The notes under the pieces were generated by a model that worked only from the letters and a program-made list of their open reading frames with translations, ran no database searches and was not told the DNA's origin. 64,000 nucleotides of DNA from Lentisphaeria bacterium (GTDB taxonomy: Bacteria > Verrucomicrobiota > Lentisphaeria > Victivallales > UBA1829): contig JAFVSW010000335.1 of NCBI GenBank assembly GCA_017503545.1, positions 171 to 64,170 on the forward strand. Direction: 5' to 3'. Positions 36,049-46,008 of this stretch are shown piece by piece. Position 1 is the first letter of the stretch, and each line of letters opens with the position of its first letter. Position numbers and translations under genes: made by a program.

Positions 36049-38235
36049 TCAAAAAATATTCCGCCAGTATTCCAGTAACTCATAACGGTACAGCAATAAC
36101 AATGCCACACATTCAAGCAGAATAATGACAAACAGAATATAAAAAATAACTTTACGGCGTTTCAATACAGTCGCATCTTCCTGACTGTGCGGGATCTTCA
36201 ACAGATTAGAAATAAAAATCCGGGATTGTTTCGGCAGCGGCGGCGTAAAGGTGAAGAAACGCCCCATACGCAAAGAAAGACGCAACTGGGCATTCAACGC
36301 ATTTCCATTCGCTTCCAAAAATATCGCCAGATTGCGGCGGAACAGTTTCGTCAGAGAAACAACCACTATCGGACCGCCGAAGATCAGCAGAATACCAAAG
36401 AAAATCGCCAATACTGCACCCACGGAAATGCCCTGAATACTTTTTGCCATGAATGCAAATGCACTACCAATCGCCGCAATACCGACACCGCCGCCCATCA
36501 ATACCATGGAACCGCTGAATGCCGGAGTCTGCTGCGGTGCAGGTTTCGCCGCCGGGGCAGCCGGGGCAGTCGGCAGTTTTGCCTGAGATTGAATATCTTT
36601 TGCAACCGTGTCTTCAAACTGTTTGCTCCGGGCGGTGAAAAATTTATCGGCCTGTTTCTGAATAAAATCAGCAAATTTATAAAACGGCATTTTCAAGGCT
36701 TCCCCAATGGATACCGGCTGCTGAATCATATCCACGATCCGGGCATCCCACATCGCACCGTCCGCGGTATAAAATACCCCACTCTTCCCCAGGAAGAAAT
36801 GGCGCATATGACCGCTGGTGACGCCGACTGCCAATTTCATGGTCTTTGCCGCAGCTCCCAATCCGGATGTCGCATCCAGATAAATCACGCAGATATTACT
36901 GTTCGCTGCAATCTTTTTGTGTTCGGCAACATTATGCACAATGGAACACAAGGTAAAAAATCTGCCGTCCATCACAAGTTTTCCAGCCTGATGCATGGAG
37001 GGCTTACTGTTGTCAAACAAACGGTCAAGCGTAACAAAGTTATTCAGAAAATCAAACATATTTTCCTGGAAACTGATCAACTTGTGAACCATGGATGTCT
37101 TATCCAGATTGTCTTTTACCGCTTTGTCACGGCTGATCAAGTTACGGATATCCGTCAGAATCCCGTCATCCACGATTTTCTGAAGCTGTTCCCGTGACCA
37201 GGCATCCAGTCCGGTTTCCGGTTTCGCTTTGTTCCAGGCATCGCAAGGTGCAAGTGCCGCTTTCAGTTTTCCATAATATTCTGCGGTCATTTCTTCTTCC
37301 GGCGCATCCGGCAGCAAAGCAAGAAGTTTGCGGATTGCATCAGACCAAATCGGATGATGCATCTTGCGCAATACCAGAATACCTTCCGGATTCACCGGCG
37401 CAACCGGGGATTTTTCCAGAAATTCTTTCACAGAAACGGCATCCATCGGGTCAAGGGTGTTCTTGACAGCAAGGCGGGCTTCCGTTGTAGTACCGGAAAG
37501 GGACAATGCTTCGCAACTGCGGAAAAATTCATCCAACTTTTCCTGCACACACAAAAATGCGGCAAGAACAGTCTGGGTCTTATCTCCAAACGGATTCAAC
37601 ATCTCTTTCCGTGCTTCTCCGTCATTCAACCAGGCAAGGCGTGCTTTGAGTTTTCCTTCAAACTCATCCACTTCCTTATCACCCACGCCCGCAACACCAC
37701 TGCAATCCGTCTGAGAACCGACTGCCGCCATGATTCCGCGAATACAATCCGCTGTGACCGGTTTTGCAACCGAACCGGGGGGAATGATTCCGTCCCCGTT
37801 CTGCAGCGCGTTGGAAATAATCCGGGTTTGATCTTTGATTTGGGCAAGCGTGATACATTCCGCATCCGGCATCCCCAGATTTGCCAAAGCAATCCGGACG
37901 GTACGTGCAATATTCATCCCGTCCGGGTGATTTTCGTTAAGGGAGTTCAGATACAAAACATCGGACCGTTTGCAAACGCCGCTCAAGTCGGAGAGAACAC
38001 TCAACATCCAGTTCAATGCCGCCTTTACTTCATCCACCCGGATCCGTCCATTGGAATCGGCATCCAGAAATGCAAGAAAATCTTTATTGGCAAGCAAAGA
38101 GTCTGTACGTACACTTGTCATGATCCAATGTGCCGCATCCAATTGTGCCGCATTCCGAAAATCTTCTGCATTTTCCAAAACAAGCTGACATGATCCTCCC
38201 AGCCGCTGAAACCGTACTTCGTTCTGCATTTCCAT
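36049..38235 (-). CDS. Hypothetical membrane-anchored protein with EF-hand-like loop
   Basis: 728 aa; DADSNGRIRVDE loop; helical body; three C-terminal hydrophobic segments. Confidence 0.8.
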   Translation of the reverse strand: MEMQNEVRFQRLGGSCQLVLENAEDFRNAAQLDAAHWIMTSVRTDSLLANKDFLAFLDADSNGRIRVDEVKAALNWMLSVLSDLSGVCKRSDVLYLNSLNENHPDGMNIARTVRIALANLGMPDAECITLAQIKDQTRIISNALQNGDGIIPPGSVAKPVTADCIRGIMAAVGSQTDCSGVAGVGDKEVDEFEGKLKARLAWLNDGEARKEMLNPFGDKTQTVLAAFLCVQEKLDEFFRSCEALSLSGTTTEARLAVKNTLDPMDAVSVKEFLEKSPVAPVNPEGILVLRKMHHPIWSDAIRKLLALLPDAPEEEMTAEYYGKLKAALAPCDAWNKAKPETGLDAWSREQLQKIVDDGILTDIRNLISRDKAVKDNLDKTSMVHKLISFQENMFDFLNNFVTLDRLFDNSKPSMHQAGKLVMDGRFFTLCSIVHNVAEHKKIAANSNICVIYLDATSGLGAAAKTMKLAVGVTSGHMRHFFLGKSGVFYTADGAMWDARIVDMIQQPVSIGEALKMPFYKFADFIQKQADKFFTARSKQFEDTVAKDIQSQAKLPTAPAAPAAKPAPQQTPAFSGSMVLMGGGVGIAAIGSAFAFMAKSIQGISVGAVLAIFFGILLIFGGPIVVVSLTKLFRRNLAIFLEANGNALNAQLRLSLRMGRFFTFTPPLPKQSRIFISNLLKIPHSQEDATVLKRRKVIFYILFVIILLECVALLLLYRYELLEYWRNIF

Positions 38236-38255
38236 TTGTCAATTCTCCAATTATT

Positions 38256-39503
38256 TTACTTACGCTTTGTTTTTGTATTTTTCTTTACCGGCTTTTTCAA
38301 ATTCTTTACAAATGCTTCCATGCGGTCCATCGCAATATTGATTTTTTCCAACGATGTCGCATAAGAACAGCGGATATACCCTTCCGCACAATCGCCGAAT
38401 GCCGGACCCGGCACAACTGCAACTTTCTGTTCTTCCAACAAACGCATTGCAAACTCATGGGAACTCAACCCCGTACTGCGGATATCCGGGAACACATAGA
38501 ACGAACCTTCCGGCATCAAACATTTCAAGCCGATTTCATTCAGACGTTTCACAATCACACCGCGCCGGGTCTTGTATTCTTCACGCATACGCACCATATC
38601 ATTTTTCGCAGAAAGCAATGCTTCTTCCGCCGCATCCTGGGACGTAACCGGGGCGCAAAGCATGGAATACTGATGGATCTTCATCATTGCATCAATAATA
38701 TCCGTCGGACCGCACGCATACCCCACTCGCAAACCGGTCATGGCAAATGCTTTGGAAAATCCATGCAGAAATACTGTCCGTTCTTTCATCCCCGGCAAAG
38801 TAGCAATGGATGGCGTCATCGGTCCATAAGTCAATTCCGAATAAATATGGTCAGACAGCACAATCAAATCGTGCTTGATCGCAATTTCTGCAATCGCTTT
38901 TGTCTGTTCCATGGATAAAGTCGCACCGGTGGGATTACAGGGAAAATTCAGCAGAATCGCTTTTGTCCGGGGCGTAATCGCTTTTTCCAATTCCACCGGA
39001 TCAAGAGCAAAACGGTCTTCCGCATAAGTTGGTACCGCAACCGGCACACCGTGCGCCATACGGATCTCCGCCGGATAAGAAACATAACACGGTTCGTGAT
39101 ATACCAATTCATCACCGGGCGACAATATTGCGCGGATTGCAAGGTCAAGTGCTTCACTCACACCGACAGTCACCAGACATTCGTTCTGCGGATTATAATC
39201 CACACCAAAATCCGATTCCAGATATTTGCAAATCGCTTTCCGTAAAGAAAGACTGCCCAGATTGGAGGTATAACAGGTATGACCCCGTTCCAATGAATAC
39301 AACGCCGTTTCACGAATCGTCCACGGTGTCACAAAATCCGGTTCTCCCACACCAAGGGATACCACATCTTTCATCTCGTTGACCAGATCAAAAAACGCAC
39401 GGATCCCGCTTTTCGGTAAATCTTGAATATGCGGAGCAACACGACAACGGCCTGCCGGTTTCGGAACCGAATTTTTCTTACATCGTGATGTTGAGACGTT
39501 CAT
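38256..39503 (-). CDS. Class I/II PLP-dependent aminotransferase (YugH-like)
   Basis: SLGVGEPDF, NFPCNPTG, GFSKAFAMTGLRVGY, YIRCSYA. Confidence 0.92.
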   Translation of the reverse strand: MNVSTSRCKKNSVPKPAGRCRVAPHIQDLPKSGIRAFFDLVNEMKDVVSLGVGEPDFVTPWTIRETALYSLERGHTCYTSNLGSLSLRKAICKYLESDFGVDYNPQNECLVTVGVSEALDLAIRAILSPGDELVYHEPCYVSYPAEIRMAHGVPVAVPTYAEDRFALDPVELEKAITPRTKAILLNFPCNPTGATLSMEQTKAIAEIAIKHDLIVLSDHIYSELTYGPMTPSIATLPGMKERTVFLHGFSKAFAMTGLRVGYACGPTDIIDAMMKIHQYSMLCAPVTSQDAAEEALLSAKNDMVRMREEYKTRRGVIVKRLNEIGLKCLMPEGSFYVFPDIRSTGLSSHEFAMRLLEEQKVAVVPGPAFGDCAEGYIRCSYATSLEKINIAMDRMEAFVKNLKKPVKKNTKTKRK

Positions 39504-39963
39504 AGCCTTCTTCCTCCTGCATAAGTTTTCCGGATTCTTTGTATTTCTTCAGCAAAAAGTGTGTCGCTGTGGAAAGCACACCATCCTGCGTTGCAAGTTT
39601 GCGTGCAACAAAAGTTGCCACTTCCTGCAAATTTTTTCCCTGCACTTCCACCAACAGATCAAATCCGCCGGACATCAGATAGAGACTGGAAACCTGCGGG
39701 AATTTACTCAACCGTTTGGCGATTTTATCAAATCCGCCTTCCCGTTCCGGGCGCGTTTTGACTTCAATCAATGCTTTCACTGCATATTCGGGGAGAATAC
39801 TTTCATCAAACATGGCGCGATACCCGATAATGGTTTTATCTTCTTCCATTTTCCGGATTGCTTCCGCTACGGCGGCGGCACTTTCACCAAGTTGATTGGC
39901 GATTTCTTCTACACTCATCCGTCCGTTTTCCGCCAACAGACGGAGCAATTTTTTCTTGTCCAT
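39478..39963 (-). CDS. Lrp/AsnC family regulator (YugG-like)
   Basis: N-terminal HTH; LYLMSGGFDL; STATHFLLKKYK; overlaps the aminotransferase start. Confidence 0.9.
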   Translation of the reverse strand: MDKKKLLRLLAENGRMSVEEIANQLGESAAAVAEAIRKMEEDKTIIGYRAMFDESILPEYAVKALIEVKTRPEREGGFDKIAKRLSKFPQVSSLYLMSGGFDLLVEVQGKNLQEVATFVARKLATQDGVLSTATHFLLKKYKESGKLMQEEEGYERLNITM

Positions 39964-40023
39964 GATTTTTACTTTCCTTCATTTTGCTTTTAAATACCTT
40001 GAATCAAATTCAAGCAACACGGT

Positions 40024-40051
40024 AATATAGCGCAAAAAAACGCCGTTTCAA
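40024..40051 (-). promoter_or_regulatory. Sigma70-like promoter
   Basis: Minus strand TTGAAA-N16-TATATT. Confidence 0.6.
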
Positions 40052-40100
40052 GGTAAAAAACGGCTTCTTACATTCTTTTTTTTATGCTTTTTTATGAGTT

Positions 40101-40313
40101 GAGGCAATTTCAAAAGTTTTTAAAAATGCCTGAAAACTCTTGTTGGGATCTGAAAAACGGAGCGTTTGAGGCTTGACCCGCCGCAGACCCGGGGGGAAAT
40201 AACCCACGCCTTGTCACGGCACAGCCGTATGGCGACGCCGGATCAAACTGCCATTTTCATCTCATCAACAATCTTTTTTCCGTCAAATTTTGCCGGACTT
40301 TTGAAATTACCTC
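40101..40313. mobile_element. MITE-like non-autonomous element, copy 1 (213 bp)
   Basis: 17-bp imperfect TIRs GAGGCAATTTCAAAAGT / ACTTTTGAAATTACCTC; a second, inverted copy lies at 62357-62571. Confidence 0.85.
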
Positions 40314-40367
40314 GAGATAAGTTTTTCAATTTTTTACTTTTTTCCTCGAAAAATTTCTTTTTTCTAC

Positions 40368-40395
40368 TGGAAAAAACAGTTCCGCAGAGTATATT
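40368..40395 (+). promoter_or_regulatory. Putative promoter of the cysS operon
   Basis: TGGAAA-N16-TATATT. Confidence 0.5.
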
Positions 40396-40442
40396 ACTAC
40401 GTAATAAAAATATTTAATTTTTTGAGGAAAGGATTTTTTATC

Positions 40443-41870
40443 ATGGCTGTGAAACTTTTCAATACTTTGGGCAGACGTCTCGAAGAATTTCATTCCATCG
40501 AACCTGGAAAAGCAAAACTTTATACTTGCGGTCCCACCGTTTACAATTTCGCTCATATCGGCAATTTCCGCTGTTATCTTTTTGAAGATATCCTCCGCCG
40601 CGCTCTCGAATATCATGGGTATGAAGTCACGCAGGTCATGAACCTCACGGACGTGGATGACAAGACCATTCGCGATTCCCGTGCAAATAACATGAAACTT
40701 GCTGATTTTACCGCCCAATACAAAAAGGCGTTCTTTGAAGATTTGGATACTTTGCGCATCGAACGCGCTGCCGTTTATCCGGAAGCAACCATGCACATCC
40801 CCGAAATGATTGATATGATCCAGACGCTTATGGATAAGGGGATCGCTTATCAGTCCGATGACAAATCCGTTTATTTCTCCATCGCAAAATTTCCTCAATA
40901 CGGACAGCTTGCAAAAATCGATATGGAAAGTCAGCGGATCGGCGACCGCGTGAAAAATGACGAATATTCCAAAGATTCCGTCGGCGATTTCGCCCTCTGG
41001 AAAGCATGGGATGATAAAGACGGCGATGTAAAATGGGACAGCCCCTGGGGTCCCGGACGCCCCGGTTGGCATATCGAATGTTGCGCCATGAGCCGTAAAT
41101 ATCTGGGTGTAACGTTCGACCTCCATACCGGCGGGATCGACAACATGTTCCCCCATCATGAAGACGAAATCGCACAGAGCGAAGCCGCAAACGGATGCAA
41201 GTTCGTTAATTACTGGCTCCATTGCGAACACCTCACCGTCAACCGTCAGAAAATGTCCAAATCCCTCGGCAATTTTTACACCATGCGTGACTTGCTTGCA
41301 AAAGGATATACCGGCGATGAGATCCGTTGGGCTTTGATCGGTACTCATTACCGTTCCAAACTCAATTTCGACCTCGGTTCTCTTGATCAGGCTCGGACTG
41401 CATTGAAAAAATTCCGCACTCTCTTTGCCCGTCTTGCCGCCCTGCCCGCAGGTAACAACGGCGTGGAAGAGGCAAAAGAACTCGCAGCAAAAGCAAAACA
41501 GGATTTCGCCGATGCGTTCGCCGATGACTTGAACATTGCACGCGGTCTCGCCGCCGTTTTCATGTTCAACCGGGAAATCAATTCCGGTCTCGCTGCCGGT
41601 AAATTCGGTGCCGATGCCGCAAAGATCCTGCTGGATCAATACCGTGATTTCGACCGTATTCTCGGCAGTCTCGATGTGGATGCAGCAATCAATGTCGCAC
41701 CCGCTTCCGATGATACGCCCGCGGAAGTGTTGGAATTGATCGAAAAACGTACCGCTGCGAAAAAAGCGAAAAACTGGTCCGAAGCTGATGCCATCCGGGA
41801 TCAGCTTAAAGCGCTCGGCTATGCAGTCGTCGATACACCCGCAGGACCGAAAGCGGAAAAAATCGGCTGA
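40443..41870 (+). CDS. cysS: Cysteine--tRNA ligase
   Basis: [39 protein letters not shown]. Confidence 0.98.
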   Translation: MAVKLFNTLGRRLEEFHSIEPGKAKLYTCGPTVYNFAHIGNFRCYLFEDILRRALEYHGYEVTQVMNLTDVDDKTIRDSRANNMKLADFTAQYKKAFFEDLDTLRIERAAVYPEATMHIPEMIDMIQTLMDKGIAYQSDDKSVYFSIAKFPQYGQLAKIDMESQRIGDRVKNDEYSKDSVGDFALWKAWDDKDGDVKWDSPWGPGRPGWHIECCAMSRKYLGVTFDLHTGGIDNMFPHHEDEIAQSEAANGCKFVNYWLHCEHLTVNRQKMSKSLGNFYTMRDLLAKGYTGDEIRWALIGTHYRSKLNFDLGSLDQARTALKKFRTLFARLAALPAGNNGVEEAKELAAKAKQDFADAFADDLNIARGLAAVFMFNREINSGLAAGKFGADAAKILLDQYRDFDRILGSLDVDAAINVAPASDDTPAEVLELIEKRTAAKKAKNWSEADAIRDQLKALGYAVVDTPAGPKAEKIG

Positions 41871-42943
41871 TGAACAGGGAACTCACCGTCCAAATCTTGA
41901 TTGATTTTTACCGGAAACGTTATCCGGATACCGCGGAATATTGTGCGCTCATTGAACAATGGGAACTTTGGGCAAAAACAAAACCGCTGCAGGGAAAACG
42001 GATTTTGGACGGGACTCCGTTATTTTTTAACACATTCGGTAAGTATATCGCTCTGCTCCTCGCCGGGGCAGAGTTGACTGTCGCTTATTCCGATGAACTG
42101 CCGTATGATCCACAAGCATTAAATATGCTCAATGAGTTGGGTATCCCCACACTGTATTACAATAAACCCGGTGACTGTCAAACGGAATTCGATGCCATTC
42201 TCGATTGCGCCGGTATCCTGCGGTTTATCCCGTCTAAATACGGATATGGAGAATTGACCCGGTCCGGAATCCTTATTTATCAGGATCGGGATGTCCCTCT
42301 TTTTGCTGTTGATTCCGGCAGAATCAAACAAATTGAAACATGTCTCGGCACCGGAGAAAGCTGCTTGCGTGCGTTACGGCAAATGGGATATCGGAACTGG
42401 CAAAATACTTCCGTCCTTCAATTCGGATACGGTAAAGTCGGACGCGGTATTGCCATGTATCTTCAGGAAGCCGGGGCGGATGTTACGGTAGTCGATAAAA
42501 AAAATACTCCCGTCATGCCCGGTATCCACTTTATTGATATGGATTCCAAAGAAAAAATTCGGGAACAGATCGGCAAAACACAATGGCTTATTTCCGTCAC
42601 TGGCGTATATGCCGCCTTGGAATCCTATGTGCCGGATATCAAAAAATCCAATGCCATCGCCGTCAATATGGGTGCAGTGGATGAATTCGGTGCATTGATG
42701 GAGGATGAACGGGTTTTATACAAAAAACAACCATTGAATTTTATGCTGGAAGAACCGACTTTATTACGGTACATTGATGCAACAATGGCACTGGATAATG
42801 CCGCAGCAGCATATCTTTGTCAGAATACAACCCCCTATCCGCCCGGCACGATCCTGCCTCCTGTGGATTTGGAAAATGAAATCCTTGCCGCCGTTTTCAA
42901 AACCGGGTTGATCACCCGGGAAATTCAAAAAGCAGGTATTTGA
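41870..42943 (+). CDS. Divergent adenosylhomocysteinase-like NAD-binding protein
   Basis: KPLQGKRI, ILDCAG, ELTRSG, KQIETCLGTGES, FGYGKVGRG and NMG are colinear with AhcY motifs. Confidence 0.7.
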   Translation: MNRELTVQILIDFYRKRYPDTAEYCALIEQWELWAKTKPLQGKRILDGTPLFFNTFGKYIALLLAGAELTVAYSDELPYDPQALNMLNELGIPTLYYNKPGDCQTEFDAILDCAGILRFIPSKYGYGELTRSGILIYQDRDVPLFAVDSGRIKQIETCLGTGESCLRALRQMGYRNWQNTSVLQFGYGKVGRGIAMYLQEAGADVTVVDKKNTPVMPGIHFIDMDSKEKIREQIGKTQWLISVTGVYAALESYVPDIKKSNAIAVNMGAVDEFGALMEDERVLYKKQPLNFMLEEPTLLRYIDATMALDNAAAAYLCQNTTPYPPGTILPPVDLENEILAAVFKTGLITREIQKAGI

Positions 42944-42947
42944 TACA

Positions 42948-44204
42948 ATGAAAAGTTTATTGCTCAAAAATGTGATCCTTGCCAGAAAAAATACGGATAT
43001 CAGGATCCGGAACGGTCAATTTGAAAAAATCGCTCAAAATCTGACTCCGGAAGATGGAGAAGATTTGTTTCATGCAAACGGAACTCTCGCAATCCTTCCC
43101 GCTTTTTACAACGCACATACCCACGCCGCTATGACCTTGATGCGCGGGTATGCCGATGATCTCGAACTCTTCCGCTGGCTCAGCGAAATGATTTGGCCTT
43201 TGGAAGCACAGCTTACCCCGGAAGATGTATACAATGGTTCACGCCTTGCCATTCTGGAAATGATCCGGTCCGGAACCGTTTTCTTCAACGATATGTACTG
43301 GTTCCAGAAACAAACGGTCCGCGCCGCCGAAGAAATGGGCATCCGCGCATGTATCGGATTGCTCCAGCTTTCCAATGGGAATGATAATACGGACAATGAA
43401 TGGCTTAAAGAAAACCGCAATTCTTTTTCCTCCCGCATCCAGACCGCATTGGCTCCCCATGCCATTTATACGGTCGATACCGAAACCTTACGGAAAACCG
43501 GGGAAATTGCTTCCGGTCAGAATGCACTCATCCATATCCATCTTGCCGAAACAAAAAAAGAGTTTGACGATTGCATCAATCAGCACAACATGACTCCGGT
43601 TCAATATCTGGATACGCTTGGACTCCTTACCCCGCGCACCATTCTGGCTCATTCCATCTATCTCACGGAAGATGATATCAAATTGATTGCAAAACGCAAC
43701 AGTATCACCGTACATATGCCCGCATCCAATATGAAATTGGCATCCGGCAGATTCCCCGGAGAAACGATTCTCAAACATCATTCCCGGATCGCGCTCGGTA
43801 CTGATGGCGCTTGCTCCAATAACAATCTTTCCATGATCGAAGAAATGAAACTTGCTGCTCTCCTCGCAAAACTCGGCAGCGAAAATCCCGAAACATTCCC
43901 CGCTCCCCTCGTTTATGATATGGCATCCAGACGCGGTGCGGAAGCGTTCGGGCTGCATGCCGGTGTCATTCAGGAAGGATATCTCGCGGATGCCATCCTC
44001 GTCGATCTCAATACGCCAACCATGACTCCGGATTTTCATACCATTTCCAACATGGTCTACGCCGCCGATCCTTCGGTCATCGATTCCGTGATCTGTGATG
44101 GTAAATTCCTCATGAAACACCGTGTTATTGATGGAGAACAGGAGATCCTTGCCGCCGCACGGGAATCCGCTCACAAACTCGTTGAAAGATTGAAAAAATG
44201 CTGA
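42948..44204 (+). CDS. MTA/SAH deaminase-like amidohydrolase (MtaD/DadD family)
   Basis: NAHTHAAM, RGYADDL, WPLE, APHAIYT, HIHLAET, SNMKLASG, LGTDGACSNNNL. Confidence 0.85.
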   Translation: MKSLLLKNVILARKNTDIRIRNGQFEKIAQNLTPEDGEDLFHANGTLAILPAFYNAHTHAAMTLMRGYADDLELFRWLSEMIWPLEAQLTPEDVYNGSRLAILEMIRSGTVFFNDMYWFQKQTVRAAEEMGIRACIGLLQLSNGNDNTDNEWLKENRNSFSSRIQTALAPHAIYTVDTETLRKTGEIASGQNALIHIHLAETKKEFDDCINQHNMTPVQYLDTLGLLTPRTILAHSIYLTEDDIKLIAKRNSITVHMPASNMKLASGRFPGETILKHHSRIALGTDGACSNNNLSMIEEMKLAALLAKLGSENPETFPAPLVYDMASRRGAEAFGLHAGVIQEGYLADAILVDLNTPTMTPDFHTISNMVYAADPSVIDSVICDGKFLMKHRVIDGEQEILAAARESAHKLVERLKKC

Positions 44205-45721
44205 ATACTTTTCTGCTCCGGAATGTGGAAATTTTTGATGGAACAGGCAATGCTCCGTTCCGTGGCGATATCGTAATGAAAAATGACCGCATCATTTCCA
44301 TTTCGCCTCCCGCCTCTGTAATGGATTTTCCCATTGCCGGCGGCGTAATTGATGGAGCGCGTTACAGTGTTGCGCCCGGTTTTATTGATGTCCATGGACA
44401 CAGTGAACTGGATATCCTTGATATTCCGTCCGGTGATAATAAAATTGCACAGGGCTTTACATCCGAAATCGCAGGAAATTGCGGATTCACTGAATTCATG
44501 GAAAAAGGAATGTCTTTCCGGGATTTTGAAGTAGAAACAGAACAGAAAAAAATCGCTCTCAATATCGCCGTCATGACCGGGCATAATTCCCTCCGGACAA
44601 TCGTGATGGGAAATGAAAACCGCGCTCCATCCAATGCAGAATTGAATGAGATGGAACGGATTTTACGCCTGACGCTCCAACAGGGGGCCGCCGGTTTTTC
44701 CGCAGGATTATGGTATGTCCCCGGCATCTATGCGGAAACAGAGGAACTTTGCCGTCTCGCCTCCGTTCTCAAAGGATCCGGTAAACCATTCTCCATCCAT
44801 TTACGCAGCGAAGGCGATACCCTGCTGGAATCCATTGAAGAAGCATGCAAAATCGCAAAATGCGGTGATAATATATTACAAATCAGTCATTTCAAAACCT
44901 GGTATCCGCGCAACTGGCACAAACTCCGCAAAGCCGTAAAGTTGATACGCCGGAATATGCAAAATGGCTTGAGTATCGCTCTCGACCGGTATCCGTATCT
45001 TTATTCCGGAACCGGATTACGGATGGCATTACCTCCGCAATTTTCTCAAATGCCAAAAGAGATTCTCCACGAAAAATTGAAAAATGATGAAACTTTCCGG
45101 CAGGAAGTAATCCGCATCACGGAACAGGCGGGTCCCTCCGATTGCCCCTGGGAACAGATCATGCTTCTGGATTCACCACAGGAAGCGCATAAAAACTTTT
45201 TCGGCAAAAATTTTGTTGAGATCGGAAAATCCATGCAATGCTCCCCCGCAGAAGCATGTATAAAATTACTTGCGGAGGAAGAAAATCCTCTCGGCGCATT
45301 CGGGTTGATGAGTGAAGATAATCTGAATGAAATTTTACAACTCCCGTTCGTCATGCCGGGAACCGATGCCGGTATTCAGGATTTTTCCAAACAAAACGGA
45401 CACCCCAGAAAATTCGGTACTGCTGCCCGGTTCTTCCAGCTTGCAGTCAAAAACGGAATCCCCCCGCAGGAAGTTATACGCCGTATGACTTCATACCCCG
45501 CCGCTGTATTCCACCTGAAAAATAAAGGGCTCATCCGCGAAAATTATGATGCGGATCTGGTCTTGTTTGATAGAGAACAACTTTCGGCACCGGAAGATTA
45601 TGCACATCCCGCCCAGCCGGCTAAAGGTATCATTGCGGTCTGGGTCAACGGTGTTTTGTCCTACACGGAAAACGGCGGCATCACCGGAAATCGCGGCGGA
45701 AAATTTTTGAAAGCACAATAA
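44198..45721 (+). CDS. N-acyl-D-amino-acid deacylase family amidohydrolase
   Basis: PGFIDVHGHSE, QGFTSEIAGNCG, HLRSEG, QISHFK, GHPRKFGT, DADLVLFD. Confidence 0.88.
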   Translation: MLNTFLLRNVEIFDGTGNAPFRGDIVMKNDRIISISPPASVMDFPIAGGVIDGARYSVAPGFIDVHGHSELDILDIPSGDNKIAQGFTSEIAGNCGFTEFMEKGMSFRDFEVETEQKKIALNIAVMTGHNSLRTIVMGNENRAPSNAELNEMERILRLTLQQGAAGFSAGLWYVPGIYAETEELCRLASVLKGSGKPFSIHLRSEGDTLLESIEEACKIAKCGDNILQISHFKTWYPRNWHKLRKAVKLIRRNMQNGLSIALDRYPYLYSGTGLRMALPPQFSQMPKEILHEKLKNDETFRQEVIRITEQAGPSDCPWEQIMLLDSPQEAHKNFFGKNFVEIGKSMQCSPAEACIKLLAEEENPLGAFGLMSEDNLNEILQLPFVMPGTDAGIQDFSKQNGHPRKFGTAARFFQLAVKNGIPPQEVIRRMTSYPAAVFHLKNKGLIRENYDADLVLFDREQLSAPEDYAHPAQPAKGIIAVWVNGVLSYTENGGITGNRGGKFLKAQ

Positions 45722-46008
45722 AAAGCGGTTCCGGCAAGAATTTCTATAAAAACGAAGCGGAAAAAATGCACGAATCAGGGGATCTCTATTTATTCAAACG
45801 GATGAATTTTCTGTGGACAGGCAAAACAGACAATGCTGGAAGATTTTAAAGTGGCTACCCAACGGGTAACCACGTTCAAATCCTACAATTTTGACTTTCC
45901 CCAAACACGAAATTCGCCGGAATCAATAAATAGAAGTGCCCATTATAGAAAAAGGCATTTTTTCCGCAATCAATTTGATTTTCGGTATAATTTCAAAAAT
46001 CCGGATGA

